A DNA stretch of 64,000 nucleotides, from assembly GCF_009834535.1 (NCBI RefSeq), contig NC_045697.1, forward strand, positions 7,876,001 to 7,940,000. The letters are read 5' to 3'. Positions within the stretch are counted from its first letter, which is position 1. Each line of letters opens with the position of its first letter. The stretch is from Camelus ferus. Its lineage: Eukaryota. Below the pieces are notes generated by a model. The model was not told where the DNA came from. It did not search any database and worked only from the letters and a program-made list of their open reading frames with translations. Position numbers and translations under genes: made by a program. Positions 37,605-51,446 of the stretch are shown here, in pieces.

Positions 37605-38759
37605 GATGCTATTTTAAATAAGGATGATCAGGGACGTCCACTCTGAAGAGGTGCTATTTCAGCCGATTTTTCAATAAAGTAGAGGAGCTGACCGTGTGAG
37701 TTGCTGAGGTGGTGCCTATAAATATATAAAAAAGGAAAACAGAGTGACTTTCAAGGCTGCACTCTGCTGCCTCTTCTAAGTGAAGTGAGCTGTGATCAGT
37801 AAGACCTGTTTTACATCCTTACATTAGATGCCTGTGTGTTTCTCCTCTTTGTTGCTTTCCCTGTTTATTTATTTACTTTTATTTTCTGAGGCGTGGGCTA
37901 GATTATATGATTCTTTGTAAGGTCTGGACATCCTGAAAAATACTAGTGGATAGAAAACTCTTGAGAACATGCTCTTATTAACAACCTTTTACTTCCCCCT
38001 TCATATATCTTGGCTGGCTATTTTCCCTGCTGTTCTCGCCCTAAAAATGTCATGAACTCATCAGCTAAGATCACTCTTAGATCTCCAGTCTTCTCTCTCC
38101 AGTGAGGCCTTTCTGACTCAGTTTTCTTTAGGAAGAACTGCTGAGTAGAATTTACCCTTCATTGGCTTTCTTAATAAAACCTCAGATTCTCAAGAGAACC
38201 ACTATCCCAAGCTATTTACCTGAACAACTGTAATTTCCTCTACCTTCTTAACACTAATGTGAGGAGATATGAATTCCACTTTAATTGGCCTTTTTGCCCT
38301 AATTAAATTTTCTAGAGTTTCTTCTTAAGTGCAATGCAGGCACTACTGGGTTTTTTTTTTTTTTAAACACTTCTAATGATATCTAACTCTGTTTTTTATT
38401 TATTTTCATTAGTTTGTTTTGTCATCAATATCATACAGAGTTGAAAAAAGCTTGGAACGTCGGTGCAGAATTGGAAACCAAGTACAGTTTCTCCTTTGCT
38501 GGTTGAATCCTCTCCCTCTGCCCCTGGGCATTCTCTTCCCTTCTCAAAGCTAAGGGAACTGTGAAAGTCTTATCTAACTGCAGACTCTTAAAAACGTTTA
38601 TTCTGCTATTTTTTTCTCTCTCTCAATAGAATAAGGTAGGTGTGTGACCCTGAGACACACCTGGTTTCATGCATTAGTTATGTATGTTTGTGGATTTAGT
38701 CATTCACTGAAACATCAGCCTCCGTTTTCTCATCTACACTAATGTGGTGATATTAATAC

Positions 38760-39160
38760 CTACTGGCTCAGTTAAAAACCTCACATAAAATCCAGCTTGA
38801 ACTGGCTTAAGCTATGAAGGGAATTTATTAGCTTAGGTAGATGAAATGGTCAGAGCTCAGGGAGGCTGAAGGCATGGCTAGATTCAAGACATACTGATGA
38901 CAAGAAGGCTCAGCCTGTCTCCATCTCTTGGCTCTATGGAGGGTCCACACGGTGGCTCCAGGCTCTACCCAGGCAAGCGTAAGATCACTGTATCAATTAG
39001 ACAGCACAAACACCCCTCGAAGCTCAACTCCAGCAGTAAGAGAGCACGTCTCCTCCAGTAGGTAAGACAAAAGTGTGAACTTGGTTTATTTCTTGGACTG
39101 GAGAAGTGAAATACATTGATTATCTCAACCACACGTCTCCAGTGCTCCTGGTAAATTGAC
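38760..39160 (-). mobile_element. Old MLT1 LTR
   Basis: 'actggcttaagctatgaagggaatttattagctt...aggcatggctagattcaag...tctccatctcttggctct'. Confidence 0.65.
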
Positions 39161-39399
39161 TCCACTCACCTCTCTATCAGCAAGAGGCAAAAGAGACCCA
39201 TTGAGTTTCTTGTTTAAGTTCTACATAAGGCCACCACACCCTAGTCTTATCACCTCAGAGCAGAAGTCACAAAATATATAACTCAGAAGTGCCTAACTCT
39301 CTAGATAGTGCCGTCCCTTCTCTGGAAGCAAGCCATACTTGAAGATAGCTTTGAAAAGATAGTATCAAAGTCGTAAGTATATCTGGTAAGGTCCCACAG

Positions 39400-40720
39400 C
39401 TCTCTCCACAAATCACAGGCTCACTCGAAAATCTGCCCTGATATCACTTCTTTCCCTGTTATCTCTCTGGAATCCACTAAGAAGCATTCTCAGCCTCCAT
39501 CCATTGAAATGATTCTTGTAAATATTAATAGTAACTGCCACATTGTGTGATCCAGTGGTCAGTTCTTAGACCCCATGCTACCTGACCTGTGAGCTCCACT
39601 TGAAATAACTGGCCCTCCCTCCTCTTGACAGACTTGACCTCCAGGACCTCACACTCTCCTGGTTTTTATCCTGTTCTCACTGATCATTGTTTTTTCACTT
39701 TTTTGTGCAGAATGCTCTGCTTTGCCCTGACCTCTCAGTGTTGTCGTGCCCTAAGAGACATTCCCTGGTCCTCTTTTCTACCTGTATTTATTCACTTGTC
39801 AATCAACTCCAGATACATGGCTTTTTAGTCATCTATATAGAGAAGACTCCAAGTATTTATCTGCACTCAGACCTCTGTCTCACAGTCTAACTCCACCCTG
39901 GGTGCTAGAACACCTCAAATTCAACATGTCTACAAGTGGCGTCCTGTCCTGCCCACTGCCCACCCCCAGACTTTGCCACCACAAAGTTTCCCTGATCCCA
40001 TTTGATGACAACCACTTTTTTCTCTTGACTCAGGCCAAAAACCTTGGAATCGTTACCCTCTTTTTTCCTTCACAGGGTATCTATAACCTATCAGGACATC
40101 CTTCTGGCTCTCCTGTCTGCATGCATCTGAACCAACTCCTTAATACCACCTCCACTTGTTACCACTCTATTTTGAACCGCTTGAGTGAACCCTAACTGAC
40201 TTATTTGCCTTTACATTATTCTCTGCCTAGCAACTAGGATCCTTCTTTAAAACAAGAGCCGTGACAGAGCATGACTCTTGAGTACTCAAAACTGTGCTCA
40301 AAACTCTACGACAGCTTCCAGTTTAACTGGGAATAAAATCTAAAGTCCCTCTCAGTGGTCTATGAGACTACATAAGATCTGAGCCCCAGCTTCATCTAAT
40401 ATCCCCCCTTCACTCATTCTGCTCTAGGCACACTGGCCTCCAGGCTGTTCCTCAACACAAGTCACGTGTGCTTCCATCTGACAGCCTGTACTCTAGGTGT
40501 CCTCATGCCTGGAAGCCTCTTGCTTCCTGCATCTGATTGTCTATGTCTCTAGCCTTCTTTGCTGAGGTGGCACCTTCTGAGAGAGGTCAGTCTCAGCCTC
40601 CTTATTTAACACTGCTCTCCACATTCCTTCCCTTCAGCATCCTGACCCCCTTATCCTGCTGTGCTTTCTTTTAGAGCTGGCACCTGTCACCTTCCAATGC
40701 GTGTGTTAACTTACCATTTA
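39400..40720 (+). mobile_element. L2 LINE (about 1.3 kb)
   Basis: 'tccagtggtcagttcttag', 'cacctcaaattcaacatgtc', 'ctcaggccaaaaaccttggaatc', 'ggcacactggcctccaggctgttcctcaacac'. Confidence 0.9.
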
Positions 40721-41169
40721 GTGCATTTGTATTTACATGATCGGACACGATGCATGCTGTGGTGTGCTTGGGTCTCCTCTTACTTTCACTCAAGAGCTGA
40801 TCATGTACATCTCTTTCCTGCTCTGTATGTAAGTGGTAGATTGCAGTTGGTCATGGTAGGTTATTTAAATCACAAAAATCCATAATTTCTGCAAACTAAG
40901 GCTCCCTCTGAAGTTTTTGAAGAGCTAGTTCTCAAACATTTTTCATCACAGCACTGTATCCATGAGATCAGAGATCTTTTACTAATTACCATAGCTGCAA
41001 TATCTGACCTATGCCTGGCATATGGCAGCCCTCAATAAATATTCACTGAGTAAAGAACTCAGAACCAATCACATTATTTTAACTCTATTTATTTTGGGTA
41101 TTTCAAGAATCTCAGAGCTCTGAAATTACCCCTTTTCCTCTCTGTATATCACTATGGGCAATGAAACCA

Positions 41170-41395
41170 CATGTCTAACCTCTATCATTCCATTTCCCTT
41201 CCTGATTTAGTTTTTCTCTATATCATTTTTCACCATTTGATCTTTTCTATATTTCACTTATGCATGTGTTTGTGCATTCGAGCATTACAATGTTTTTGTC
41301 TATTTTGTTTGAAGCTATAACACAAAGAACCTTTAGAAGTGCCTGGCATACATTTTACTGAATGAATAAACAAATAAACAAACATATGAATGAGC
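41170..41395 (+). mobile_element. L2 3' end
   Basis: 'agaagtgcctggcatacattttactgaatgaataaacaaataaac'. Confidence 0.6.
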
Positions 41396-41629
41396 TGCTT
41401 ATTCAATCATACAGGGCCTGCCTCTAAAGTTGATGCTGAGGGTTGGAAAGAGTGTTCCCTCCATCCAAAGGAAATTCAAGGTGTTATTTTGCCAGTCAAA
41501 AGTTTCCCTTAGCTAAACTAAAATAACAAAAATCCCCTACAATAACCCATGGATACGTTGTAAGAGTAAATGAGAAAATTTATACAAAGTGTCTAATTTA
41601 ACATTTCCAAAAGTAGGAACAGTAGAACG

Positions 41630-41825
41630 CTTCTTGAGCAAGAATCTAATGTGGTTATGCATGCCCACGGAAAAACAGCTCTGAGTCAAAAAATTTTGAG
41701 TAACTCCCACTCCAGATTAAATAACACTAAAAGAATTTCTTTACTGCAGGATATCTCAGAGCATTTGATACATTAGTGTAAATATAAATGTCCTTACCGG
41801 TGTTAAGGCAAAAACAATTCTCAAA
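41630..41825. mobile_element. hAT-Charlie MITE fragment
   Basis: 'tttctttactgcaggatatctcagagcatttgatacattagtgtaaat'. Confidence 0.5.
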
Positions 41826-42025
41826 TATATACACATATATATTAATACATACATATGTACACATATATATAATTATACAATGCATTTGTTACATATATAT
41901 ATACTGATATGTATGCAATATACAATATTTATACATCTATATACATACACATACTATATATTTATCTTATGTGTGTGTGTATACATACATTATATATAGT
42001 ATATATACACATATATATCTTACAT
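41825..42025. repeat. Degenerate (TA/CA)n simple repeat
   Basis: Seen directly. Confidence 0.85.
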
Positions 42026-44232
42026 GTAATTTTCCTGTACTAAGAATATTTTGAGATTGTTTCACCATGCAAACTTTCATTTCTTTACATTTTTGTATTT
42101 CTAAATTCTGTCAGACTTGGTGATAATTAGACATCGAATGCAAAGAGGCCAGACTTTCAAGTTAGGATTCTTAGATAAATTATAGTCTTCCTAAGAACTT
42201 TATACATACACACATACATTAAAGTACACATACCTACACACACTGATATGGATAAAAGATTGTAATATTGTTGACATATACATGGGGGAGAATATTGAAA
42301 CATTAAATAATGATCAAAACAGCTCAATTTTCATGGTGGCATTTTTCAAAACACACTTGAAGATCATCTTATGTAATAACATTTTAGAAATGGAAATACA
42401 CTTTTATTTGCGGACCCAGTAATTTTTTATAGTCATTAAACCAGATTCATGTCAGAGCTCTTTACATTTTTCTATTTAACTCTTTGTCTCAAAGAGCCTA
42501 TCAAAAATCTCAGTGATATGAGGTAAGTTCTAGCTGATTCTGACATAAACACTGTCACAGGAGAGCTCAAAGCTTCCTCAGGTGGGGCCTTCCCACTGAT
42601 GCTCCGGCTGCTTTATGAACAAGGGATGGTCCTCTCCACTCTTCCTGGGAGGCGTAGTGTGGTGGGGTGGGTGGGAGGGATCATAGTGCGTTGAGAGGTG
42701 GTATGTGAACAGAAGATATAATATGGTCATGATTTCCAGTGGGTGCACTGTCTTATTAGAAGAAATCACTTAACAGAAAATAATTCCATGTGGTAAAGTT
42801 ATTTGAGATGGATCATTTACAATGAGAGAAGCACTTTGATTACCAGACCATTGACTAAAGTCTCCAACACAGTTCAAATCATTGCCTCCACTAGCCAAGC
42901 GTGCTTTAGAGTGACGGCAATCCACTGGAGAGTGACAGCTCAGAAACTAAGCAGTGTAAATTGATCTCTGGCAAAGGCATTCCATTCAAAGCAACGGCAG
43001 TACTGACACATGTTCGCTAACCACCACAAGCCCTTCACCTTGCCAAGATTGTGACTAGTCAATAAAAAATGCAAATGTTGAAAATAAATTCATGCTTGCG
43101 TGCACACCCACACACACATAATGAGGAGGGCACTGAGGCATCTGCACAAAATCCTGTCAAATTGCAGATTATTTATAGAGAGTCATTTTAGTTCAGAGAT
43201 AGTAGACCAGCCATGCAATTGCTAAATATATTAAGGCATGATATTTCTGAAAATGTGTACTTCTACATCACACCCCAGTATGGAAATTTTATCTCGCCAG
43301 TGAAGTTTCTGTACTGTTTCAAATATACAGGGCTCCCTGCCAAAGGGTACTGTGGGGATGATCTAAGGTGATGAGGTTGAGGAAGCCCTTGAATAAACCC
43401 TGAAACACTATGTAAAAGTAACTAAGTACTGCCTTTTTGTACAACCTACTTCTCTCTCCTGGCCCCCTCTCCCAAATGTTGAAATATCCTAATATTGCAC
43501 AACAAAAATTTAAAAGTAACAATAATTAGAAGCACAGAGCTGAAAAAGTCTTCAGAGTTTATCTAATCTCCCAGTACACACAATACTCCCACCAGTCATT
43601 GAATTTCATCTTTGGTACCCATTCATTCCTTAGACAAGCATCCCTTGAGCTTGAACTGTACGTCTGACACTGTGTTCCCACAAGGTAAGCATCATAATTC
43701 CCATTTTATACATGAATCTGGTGAGGCTTAAAGATGTTAAGTAAAATGCCGGTCATACACTGCGCAATTGTGAAACATTTTACACAGGACCCAGGCATAG
43801 TAAGTCTTTTTACTACTATAACTTGTTTCCAAGAGACAGGAGAGTGTTTCAGAAGTTGACTGACTAGTAGGAAGGCAAGGAAGATCACATTTGGACAAGG
43901 AATCATCATAGTCAAATATCTTCTTCAGCACAAGTGGATTTGGACCAACTTGATTTTGCCTTCCCTTCCCCTTCAAACCTTCCATCCCACAGTATTCCAT
44001 CGTGTAATATAACCTTTTTACAAAGCTTTCCTTGAATCATCCCCTCTTCAAAAAATCTATAACTTTTTGAAATTTTCATTTGTATTTATCCACACCTCTC
44101 TTCAAGACTCATCTGATTTATAGTTTGGATTATATATTTTTCTGTGCTAGAACTTATACTCTAGAAGGCTCATGCCACATATGTCATTCTATCATGAGGC
44201 TTTCCTGGGCTGAGCAATCAACATGCTTTAAT

Positions 44233-44295
44233 GAAGGAAGGAAGGAAGGAAGGAAGGAAGGAAGGAAGGAAGGAAGGAAGGAAGGAAGGAAGGAA
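44233..44295. repeat. Perfect (GGAA)n microsatellite, about 15 units
   Basis: Seen directly; sits at a probable L2 3' tail. Confidence 0.97.
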
Positions 44296-45284
44296 CCATG
44301 GACTCAGCTCCTGTGTCTGAACCACCACTAACGTCATCCACACAACCATCTTTCCACGTCATCCAAGGAGTCAGCCAACTATTCCTCCATAGTTCTAGCC
44401 ACTTATGCATATCTATATCGACTCATTCAAACCTTAAGAATTAACAATATGCCAGAGGAAGTTCTGGCAACTGAAATACAGTACACAACCAACCATGCAG
44501 ACTCTAGAGTTCTTTCAATCAGATTTGTGTTTGAACCTTTCCCTCTGACACCAGAAGTCAAAGACGACTGCGAACAAGTAGAAATGGAAGCAGGAGCTCA
44601 GAGGAGCAAAGATGCTCCCAGGTTTTAATACTGTCATAGCACAACATACACTCCACCTTCCTCTAGAAGCTAATGTACTGTAAACAGCGAAGCAATGCCC
44701 TTATCACCCACGAATCTGTGCCAAATTATTCAGATCAAACTGTTATCAGATCCTCCCCACACCAGTTTAAGCACCCATTTCCTGTTTTAACATCCATTAT
44801 CTCATCAATTCTGTGTAACAGATAGATCAAGATATGTTACTTCTGGTTTACAAATAAGGAAGCACAAGCTCAGACAACATAAATGGGTTGCACAAGGTTG
44901 AAGAGCAGATAAATGAGGGGAGGGAAGAAAAAAAAAAAAAAACAGAAAAAAAACTGCAAACTTCCTGAACCTGGCATAGCGCCATTGTACTTGTCTGACT
45001 GACCTCAGTGATGGAACCACTTATGGTAAGATTACTAAAACCCTTGTAAATGAAGTCTGTACAGCAAATTCCAAGTTGCTGTGATTCCTTCGGTCTTCAG
45101 ACATACGGACAAACAATTCTATTTACTGTTTGTGTACATGATTGTCAATCACAAACAAAATTCTGATGTCTCAGGTATTGTTGAATTAAACTATTCTTTA
45201 ATATTTCATTGTTTAATCTAAATGTATGAATGCCTTGTTCCTAAGTCAGGAATATCAGTCCTCAAGCTTTGACCTCTGCTTAGA

Positions 45285-45520
45285 ATCTGGAATCAGAACT
45301 GGTTCCCAGGCTCTGTCAAGTAATATTATGTAGCTTGGGGCAAATTTCTTAAGTAATTCAAACACTGGCAACCTCACACATTAAAAAAAAATAAAAGAAT
45401 AATGATATTCTTATTAGTCATTGTGAGGGTTAATTGAAATACAGAGAGCAAAGCTGTTTAATATTAAACATTTAGAATACATAGTAGGTTCTTGAAAATA
45501 GTAACTGCCTTTAATACTAT
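45285..45520 (+). mobile_element. MIR SINE
   Basis: 'tgtagcttggggcaaatttcttaag...attgtgagggttaattgaaatac...catagtaggttc'. Confidence 0.75.
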
Positions 45521-46476
45521 AACTAACCCCATTATACACTTGATTCATCCAAAAGACCAAAGGATGCTCGTTTGCCCTTATATTCTTCTCAGGGACTAGG
45601 CAGTGTACGCATGGAGTAGGTGTCCAATACATGTTTGTTGATTGACTTAAGGTGATGTCCAGTAAATTATAAGATTTGGACTACTTGCATGTATTTACGA
45701 GATAAGTTGAGAATCAGAAAGAGGAACATGTCACAAAGTTGTAACAGAAAAAATAGTTAACCCTTATAAGGATTGCCTAAAAATTGTGGTCATTTACAAA
45801 AAGAAAACACAAATGAGAAGTAGAGAAACCTACTCAGGCTAACTCAAAAAAGTACAAAAGTGGTTAATGGAAGAAGCAGACATCAGAAAAATGAAATACC
45901 AGCAGGCTACACGAGACTGTACGTTACAACCAGAGAATTCCAAAGAATGTGCTCTCTCTCTCTCTCTCTCCTAACTCTTAGACTTTTTGGACCATCTACT
46001 TCATAATTTGGGACTTTCAGTATGGATACCATATCTCTGTAATAACAGCATACTTTCCTGCTATTTGTCTGAAGAAGTGAAATTCAAATGACTTTCTAAT
46101 TTGCTCAGCGTCTCATATCATCTGTAACCTCAGGAAAATCAACTATTATAGAGTCTTAACCGTTGTTCAGTATTCCTCATTTTCTATGTGAGCGTTATAT
46201 TGACATATGTGAGAAAATGTATACAATTAGAAAGTAAAAATTGCTAAGTGAAACAAATGATAAAATGCCAGCTGTTGTAATCAACATTATGCAGCTCTCA
46301 TGATAGAAACACTGATAGGAAAATGCAGTCGTAACTGTAGGTCCTAATTAATCTGAGGGATGGGAATATGAACATGAGTTGCTATTAAGTGCACAAAATG
46401 GAAAAGAAAGCTTATCTGTCTCAAGATAAAAATATAGGACCACATGTACATAAGGTGCTTGGTTCCTAACATTTTT

Positions 46477-46684
46477 TTTTTATTGAAGTATAGTCAATTT
46501 ACAATGTTGTGTTAATTTCTGGTGTACAGCATAGTGACTCATTTATACATATATATATATTCCTTTTCATATCCTTTTTCATTATAGTCTATTTCAAGGT
46601 ATTGAATATAGTTCTTAGTGCTATACAGTAGGATCTTGTTTATCTGCTTTATGCATAGTAGTTAGTATCTGCAAATCTCATTAT
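46477..46684 (-). mobile_element. Short L1 3' UTR fragment (camelid type) with TSD
   Basis: TSD taacattttt 46467-46476 / 46685-46694; same family as 10040-10305. Confidence 0.92.
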
Positions 46685-46892
46685 TAACATTTTTCAGCCC
46701 TAAATATTTCAAGCCCTCAGTAAGTGAAATGCAATCTGGAGTCCTATATTCTGTGTTCCAATTTTTCAATAATTATATTTATTATGTTGTTACTGTATCT
46801 TATGTTTCTGTGGTACTTTATAACATGTAAAATCTTTTCATATGGCTGTTTCCCTTAATCCTCATGAAGTCCTGTGACAATGATGGGGCAGG

Positions 46893-47280
46893 GGTGACAG
46901 TCAAGAGGGCTGCTCACAGATATGCTAGCTCTTTCTCTTTCCTTCTAGGCACATGCAGTCTTGCATTCCCTTGTTCACTTGAAATTTGATGAGCACCTAT
47001 GATTAGTTTGTGGTCAGTGAACCAAGAAGAGAAGTAACACATGTCATTTTGGAGCCCTGCCATGTTTCCCTGCATTCAGGAATCTGATCTTCTGGAAAAT
47101 GACTAGACATACTCAGGACAGTAGCTGTTTCATCAGCCAAGGACTCTGAGAAACTCCATCACTACATGTCCTGTGATCAAAGTACAAAGTGAGCAAGAAA
47201 TACACATTTGTCATCATGATTCATTAAGATGTTGGGGTCATTTGTTACCACAGCATGACCAGTCTTTTCTGACGAATACA
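46893..47280 (+). mobile_element. MLT1 (H/J-like) solo LTR inserted in a MIR
   Basis: 5-bp TSD gcagg 46888-46892 / 47281-47285; ends 'tttgttaccacagcatgaccagtcttttctgacgaataca'. Confidence 0.85.
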
Positions 47281-48059
47281 GCAGGTAGTATTTCCCCCTC
47301 TTTTAAAATGATTTTCTAATGCTTAGAGAAGTTAAGTGGCTTCCTCATGGACATAAAGCTAGAATCACTTGAATTAAAAGTTTATATTATTTTAGAACAA
47401 GGAGAATATGAAAACAACAGAAAAATAATAAAGTAATAATAGTTTTTACCAAAATAGCACAGATTTCCATTTAATACTATCATCTTTTGTGTGTGTGTGT
47501 GTGTTTTTCTGGCATTGTGTTAAACGTAATTTTAGGCAGAGAAGGAATTTGTACAGCATGGAAATCCTTGTGTTGATATTTAATTTTCATCTCTACGATC
47601 AGAGTAGAAATATTTCTGTGACCTTGTTAATTCTGTTATCTTGTACAGAAGCCAGAAGAGTGCTCCATACTTTCTGACACAGATGATGAAAACTGCACTG
47701 GGTGTGCATATAGGCTGGAAGTCCTAACACTGCTTTCTAGGATGTCTCCAATTTTGCCTTCTTAAGGTTCTTTATAACACAAATTCAAGATGACCAAAAT
47801 GACCCTGTGTCAGCTAATTACATTAACCAAGACAAGGAATCTGTTCTGAATAATATGACATAAACCATAATTTTGATTAAATATAGTTCATTTCACCTAC
47901 CCCTCCAACCTCATGAAGGACAAAACCTTCCATATGAGTTAAAGTTTTCAGATAACTGAAAATACTTTTTAATTGCAAATTTGTATTTTTTTTGCCTTTG
48001 AACTGCTATATTTTTTCTTATATGTACCATGTATCTTCTTAGCCTTCTAGAATAGAGTA

Positions 48060-48295
48060 AACAGAATAGAAGGTATTACAGGTATTGGATGTTTGCCAAA
48101 TATCAGTAACTGAAATTATTCACCATGGTTATAAGTAGTAAGTACTTATGGCCCTTTTGCAGATGAATACAATGGCCTCTATGAATTAGAGAAACTTGTT
48201 TCAAGGTCATACAACTTATTCAAGGATTGAGCAGGGGCGTGAACGCAGGGAGTCTGAAGCCAAGGTCCCCACTGCTCTCTGCTGCTATGCTATCT
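48060..48295 (-). mobile_element. MIR SINE
   Basis: 'ccttttgcagatgaatacaatggcctct...aacttgtttcaaggtcatacaac'. Confidence 0.7.
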
Positions 48296-48474
48296 GGCAC
48301 CCTACTCTGAACACAGTTTGGTATCATCACAGGTTTGGTGATACTAGAATTAGGATTGATCTTAGAGACTGTCTATTCAACAGTCTCAATTCAGAGCTTA
48401 GGAAACAAGTGAAAATAGGTGAAATGTGTAATCATAAGCTTAATGAATGATACAATTCCAATAATACGATAAGG

Positions 48475-48860
48475 CCATCAGGGTTTGGTCCTGGAAACAG
48501 ATGCCAGTCTATGTGTTCCAAGTATGCAAGGCAATTAATGCAGGAAGCTAGAGGCTCGCACACAGCTGTTGGGGCTGAAGGAGCAGAGGTCAGGGGATCC
48601 ATCACTGACATCTCAGCCTGTTGCACCAAAGGTCGGGTGCTTTCTCACAGTTGCACCTGGAAACCGCTGAGACTCTCAAGAACTTGGAAAAGGCACTAGT
48701 AGACCCATGAAGCCTGCAGCTTCTCTTCTGTGACATCAAGTTGGCAACAGACTGTCCAGCACTGTGAGGTCTCTGCCTTTTAGCCTGGTGCTCCTCTGAC
48801 TGCACTGCACCATATCCCAGAATGTCAGCGTAGGCAGCCATGCTCAAAGGGGGTCAGCTG
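48475..48860. mobile_element. Ancient LTR-like element (family uncertain)
   Basis: 'tcagggtttggtcctggaaacagatgccagtcta...ggcaattaatgcaggaa' resembles antisense ends of old eutherian LTRs. Confidence 0.35.
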
Positions 48861-48889
48861 TATGACAATATCTTGGTAAATAAGATTAG

Positions 48890-49155
48890 TCATACAAAAT
48901 GATTATATTTATGCATCTAGAAAAATAGGATAAACACATCTGTTCTGCTGGAAGTCAGAATGTGGGTGGCCCTTAATAAGGGTAAAAGATGGTCACTAGA
49001 AAACCAAGGAAGCTTCTGGGGTACGTTCTTGAAATGCTGTATTAATTCAACACAAGTGTGCTCAATTTTGTGAAATGAGTCAGGTTGTACAGTTATTGAG
49101 TATATACATAGTTTTAAGTATGAATGTCATACACCAATAATATATTTTAAAAAAT
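48890..49155 (+). mobile_element. L1ME-like 3' end
   Basis: 'gaagtcagaatgtgggtggccctt...ggaagcttctgggg...caattttgtgaaa...accaataatatattttaaaaaa'. Confidence 0.65.
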
Positions 49156-49666
49156 AAGACAGGTAACAATTAGTGTTAGGTAAATAATATGTGTTGGAAT
49201 TGCAAATCTTTGCCTGTGGCTAGTTCTAGTTGCCCACAAGAACCACTAGAGGATACGCCACAGTATATGACACCGAGTTTGGGCTCTGGATCAAATGATG
49301 ACTCCAAACGGTTTCACACATGTTACCTGAATGTAAGGCAGACCGGAATACTGGATATACCTGTGGGCTCTGAGACTGTCCACGACAGATCAAAGTTTTG
49401 AATGAGAGTTCTTGGGCTATGACACTGTGGACTCTCTAACCCTCAACTGCCCAAGGGTTCAGTTAGGCCATTGACAAACCAAACAGGCTAACACATCAGA
49501 GGAGGAGTTCAGCACAGTGACCAACACTTAACAAGTGCTGAATAAATGATGTCCCTACACGTGGTTCAGAGAAAACTCTGCTCCTGCCTCTGCAAATTTT
49601 ACTCATCTGAATTTTAATTTTTAAATGAATTGAATTTTAATTTAAGAACGTGAAGGAAGTCACATT

Positions 49667-49745
49667 GGAAGGATACAGCTCAGTGGTAGAGCACATGCTT
49701 AGCATGCATGAGGTCCTGGCTACAATCCCCAGTGTATTTAAAAAA

Positions 49746-49789
<44 letters not shown>

Positions 49790-49791
49790 AT
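49667..49791 (+). mobile_element. tRNA-Ala(AGC)-derived SINE (camelid type) with (TAAA)n tail
   Basis: A-box cagctcagtgg, anticodon loop ttAGCat, B-box-like ggctacaatcc; TSD gaagtcacat 49656-49665 / gaaatcacat 49792-49801. Confidence 0.9.
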
Positions 49792-51167
49792 GAAATCACA
49801 TAGGAAAACATATGGCACACTTACTGTTACAGAATCAACACTTTAAACATCAATTCAGAATACATTTACATGCATATATATATTTATTACTATATTATAT
49901 ATATATATATATATAATTTTTACCTGAACTCCAGGTAAATATCATCACCTGCATCTCTAAATGTATAATTTGAGGAGACAGATATGGTAAGGATATGGAA
50001 ATAGTTTTAAAAAATATATTTCTCTCACCATTATACATTCCAAAAATGTAATATTATATTCAGGGAAACATGAGTGTAAGTGTTTAAGGTAATAAAGTCC
50101 AAGTGTGTTATTTTCTGACAAGGACAAAACTCACCAAACCAAGAACCAGGAAGTTCCTACATCCCTTAGATAGTTTCTCTCAACTCATTTTCCTTTGAAT
50201 TGCTTTCAACAGATGTTTATCGAGCTTCCCTGATATCCTAGACCCTACGCTGGCCGCTGGGAGTTGAGGCGGGAAGAAAAACAAAGCCTTTGCCCCCCAG
50301 CCCTTGCAGAGTCTCGCCGACAGCTTGTCACAAGCAAATAATCGAAAGGCAATGGGATCATGCCTGAGCTACAGCTCTGTCGGGAAATCCTTGAGAGTCA
50401 CGATCTGTCACCCTCTGGGGGTGTCAGGGATGGTTCTGATATAAAGCTTGGCCTGGGTCTTAAATGGTAAGCTGGCATTTCCTAGGTAGAAACAGGATAA
50501 AGCTTTCCAGAGAGAAATAACTGATTCAAGAAAGGACTCGGATTCTGTGTGGCCCTAGAGGTGAGAGATGAGACTAGGAAGATATTATTTGAATCAGGTG
50601 AGGAGGCAGTTTTGACTCGCCTCTACTTTCGTTCATGTGGAAAACATTTACACAATTGCAAAAACTTTGCTTCCTGCTTTACTGTTTTTTCCTTAGAAAT
50701 TAATCTTAATAACCAAATACTTATTTTACTTTTTTAATCTCATTTATTGTCTTGTCTCCTCCAAGGATATTAAAGTTCCAAGAGAGGTGGGATTTTTGTT
50801 AGTTTTGCCAATCATTACATTTTTAGTGTCTAGAATGGTCTTGCCCTATGGTGGGTTCTTATTAAATATATATTATGTCCAAATGAGCTTACTGAGGTCT
50901 TCTGACTCATCCAGCATGCTGGTTGCTGGGGATACGCATTTATGACTGTGTGACTACCTTCCAGGAGCACAAAGTTTAGCCAGTAGACAGTCACATGAGC
51001 AGAAAAATACCAATCAAAATGCCGATAAAGGGGCTATAAATGGCGAATTAAATAAATGCTTTGTGATACAACCTCGCTGAGAATTTTAAAACATCTTTTA
51101 AACCTATTAGGGAAAGAGAGCCAATGGACATTTCTAAGCAGGTGAGTACAGATTTGAGTTTAAATGA

Positions 51168-51446
51168 CAGGGTTACTGAGAGTATGGTTCACAGACAAGT
51201 ATCTGTCCACCACGAGTTAAAGCACAGGAAATGAGAAGTCTAGACAAACAGCGATAACAATTTAGCATTATCAGGACCACCAGCCTGGACCAGTAAGACA
51301 TGCAATGACCAACAGACTTGCTTATAGTGAAGCGGGCATGAAGCTCACTTATGGTATTAGCCGTCTAAGGGTTATGCACCTTGGGACTGGAGATTGAAGA
51401 ATTTTCTTCCAGTGGCCGTTCACCACAGCTAGTTTGAGGTGCACTG
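51168..51446. mobile_element. hAT-Charlie (Charlie4-like) MITE
   Basis: Termini CAGGGTTACTGAGAG ... TTTGAGGTGCACTG; 'caccacagctagtttgag' end. Confidence 0.65.

Noticed and set aside
49667..49735. Possible tRNA-Ala gene
   Set aside because: Mutated B-box, no T-run terminator, (TAAA)n tail and TSD indicate a SINE
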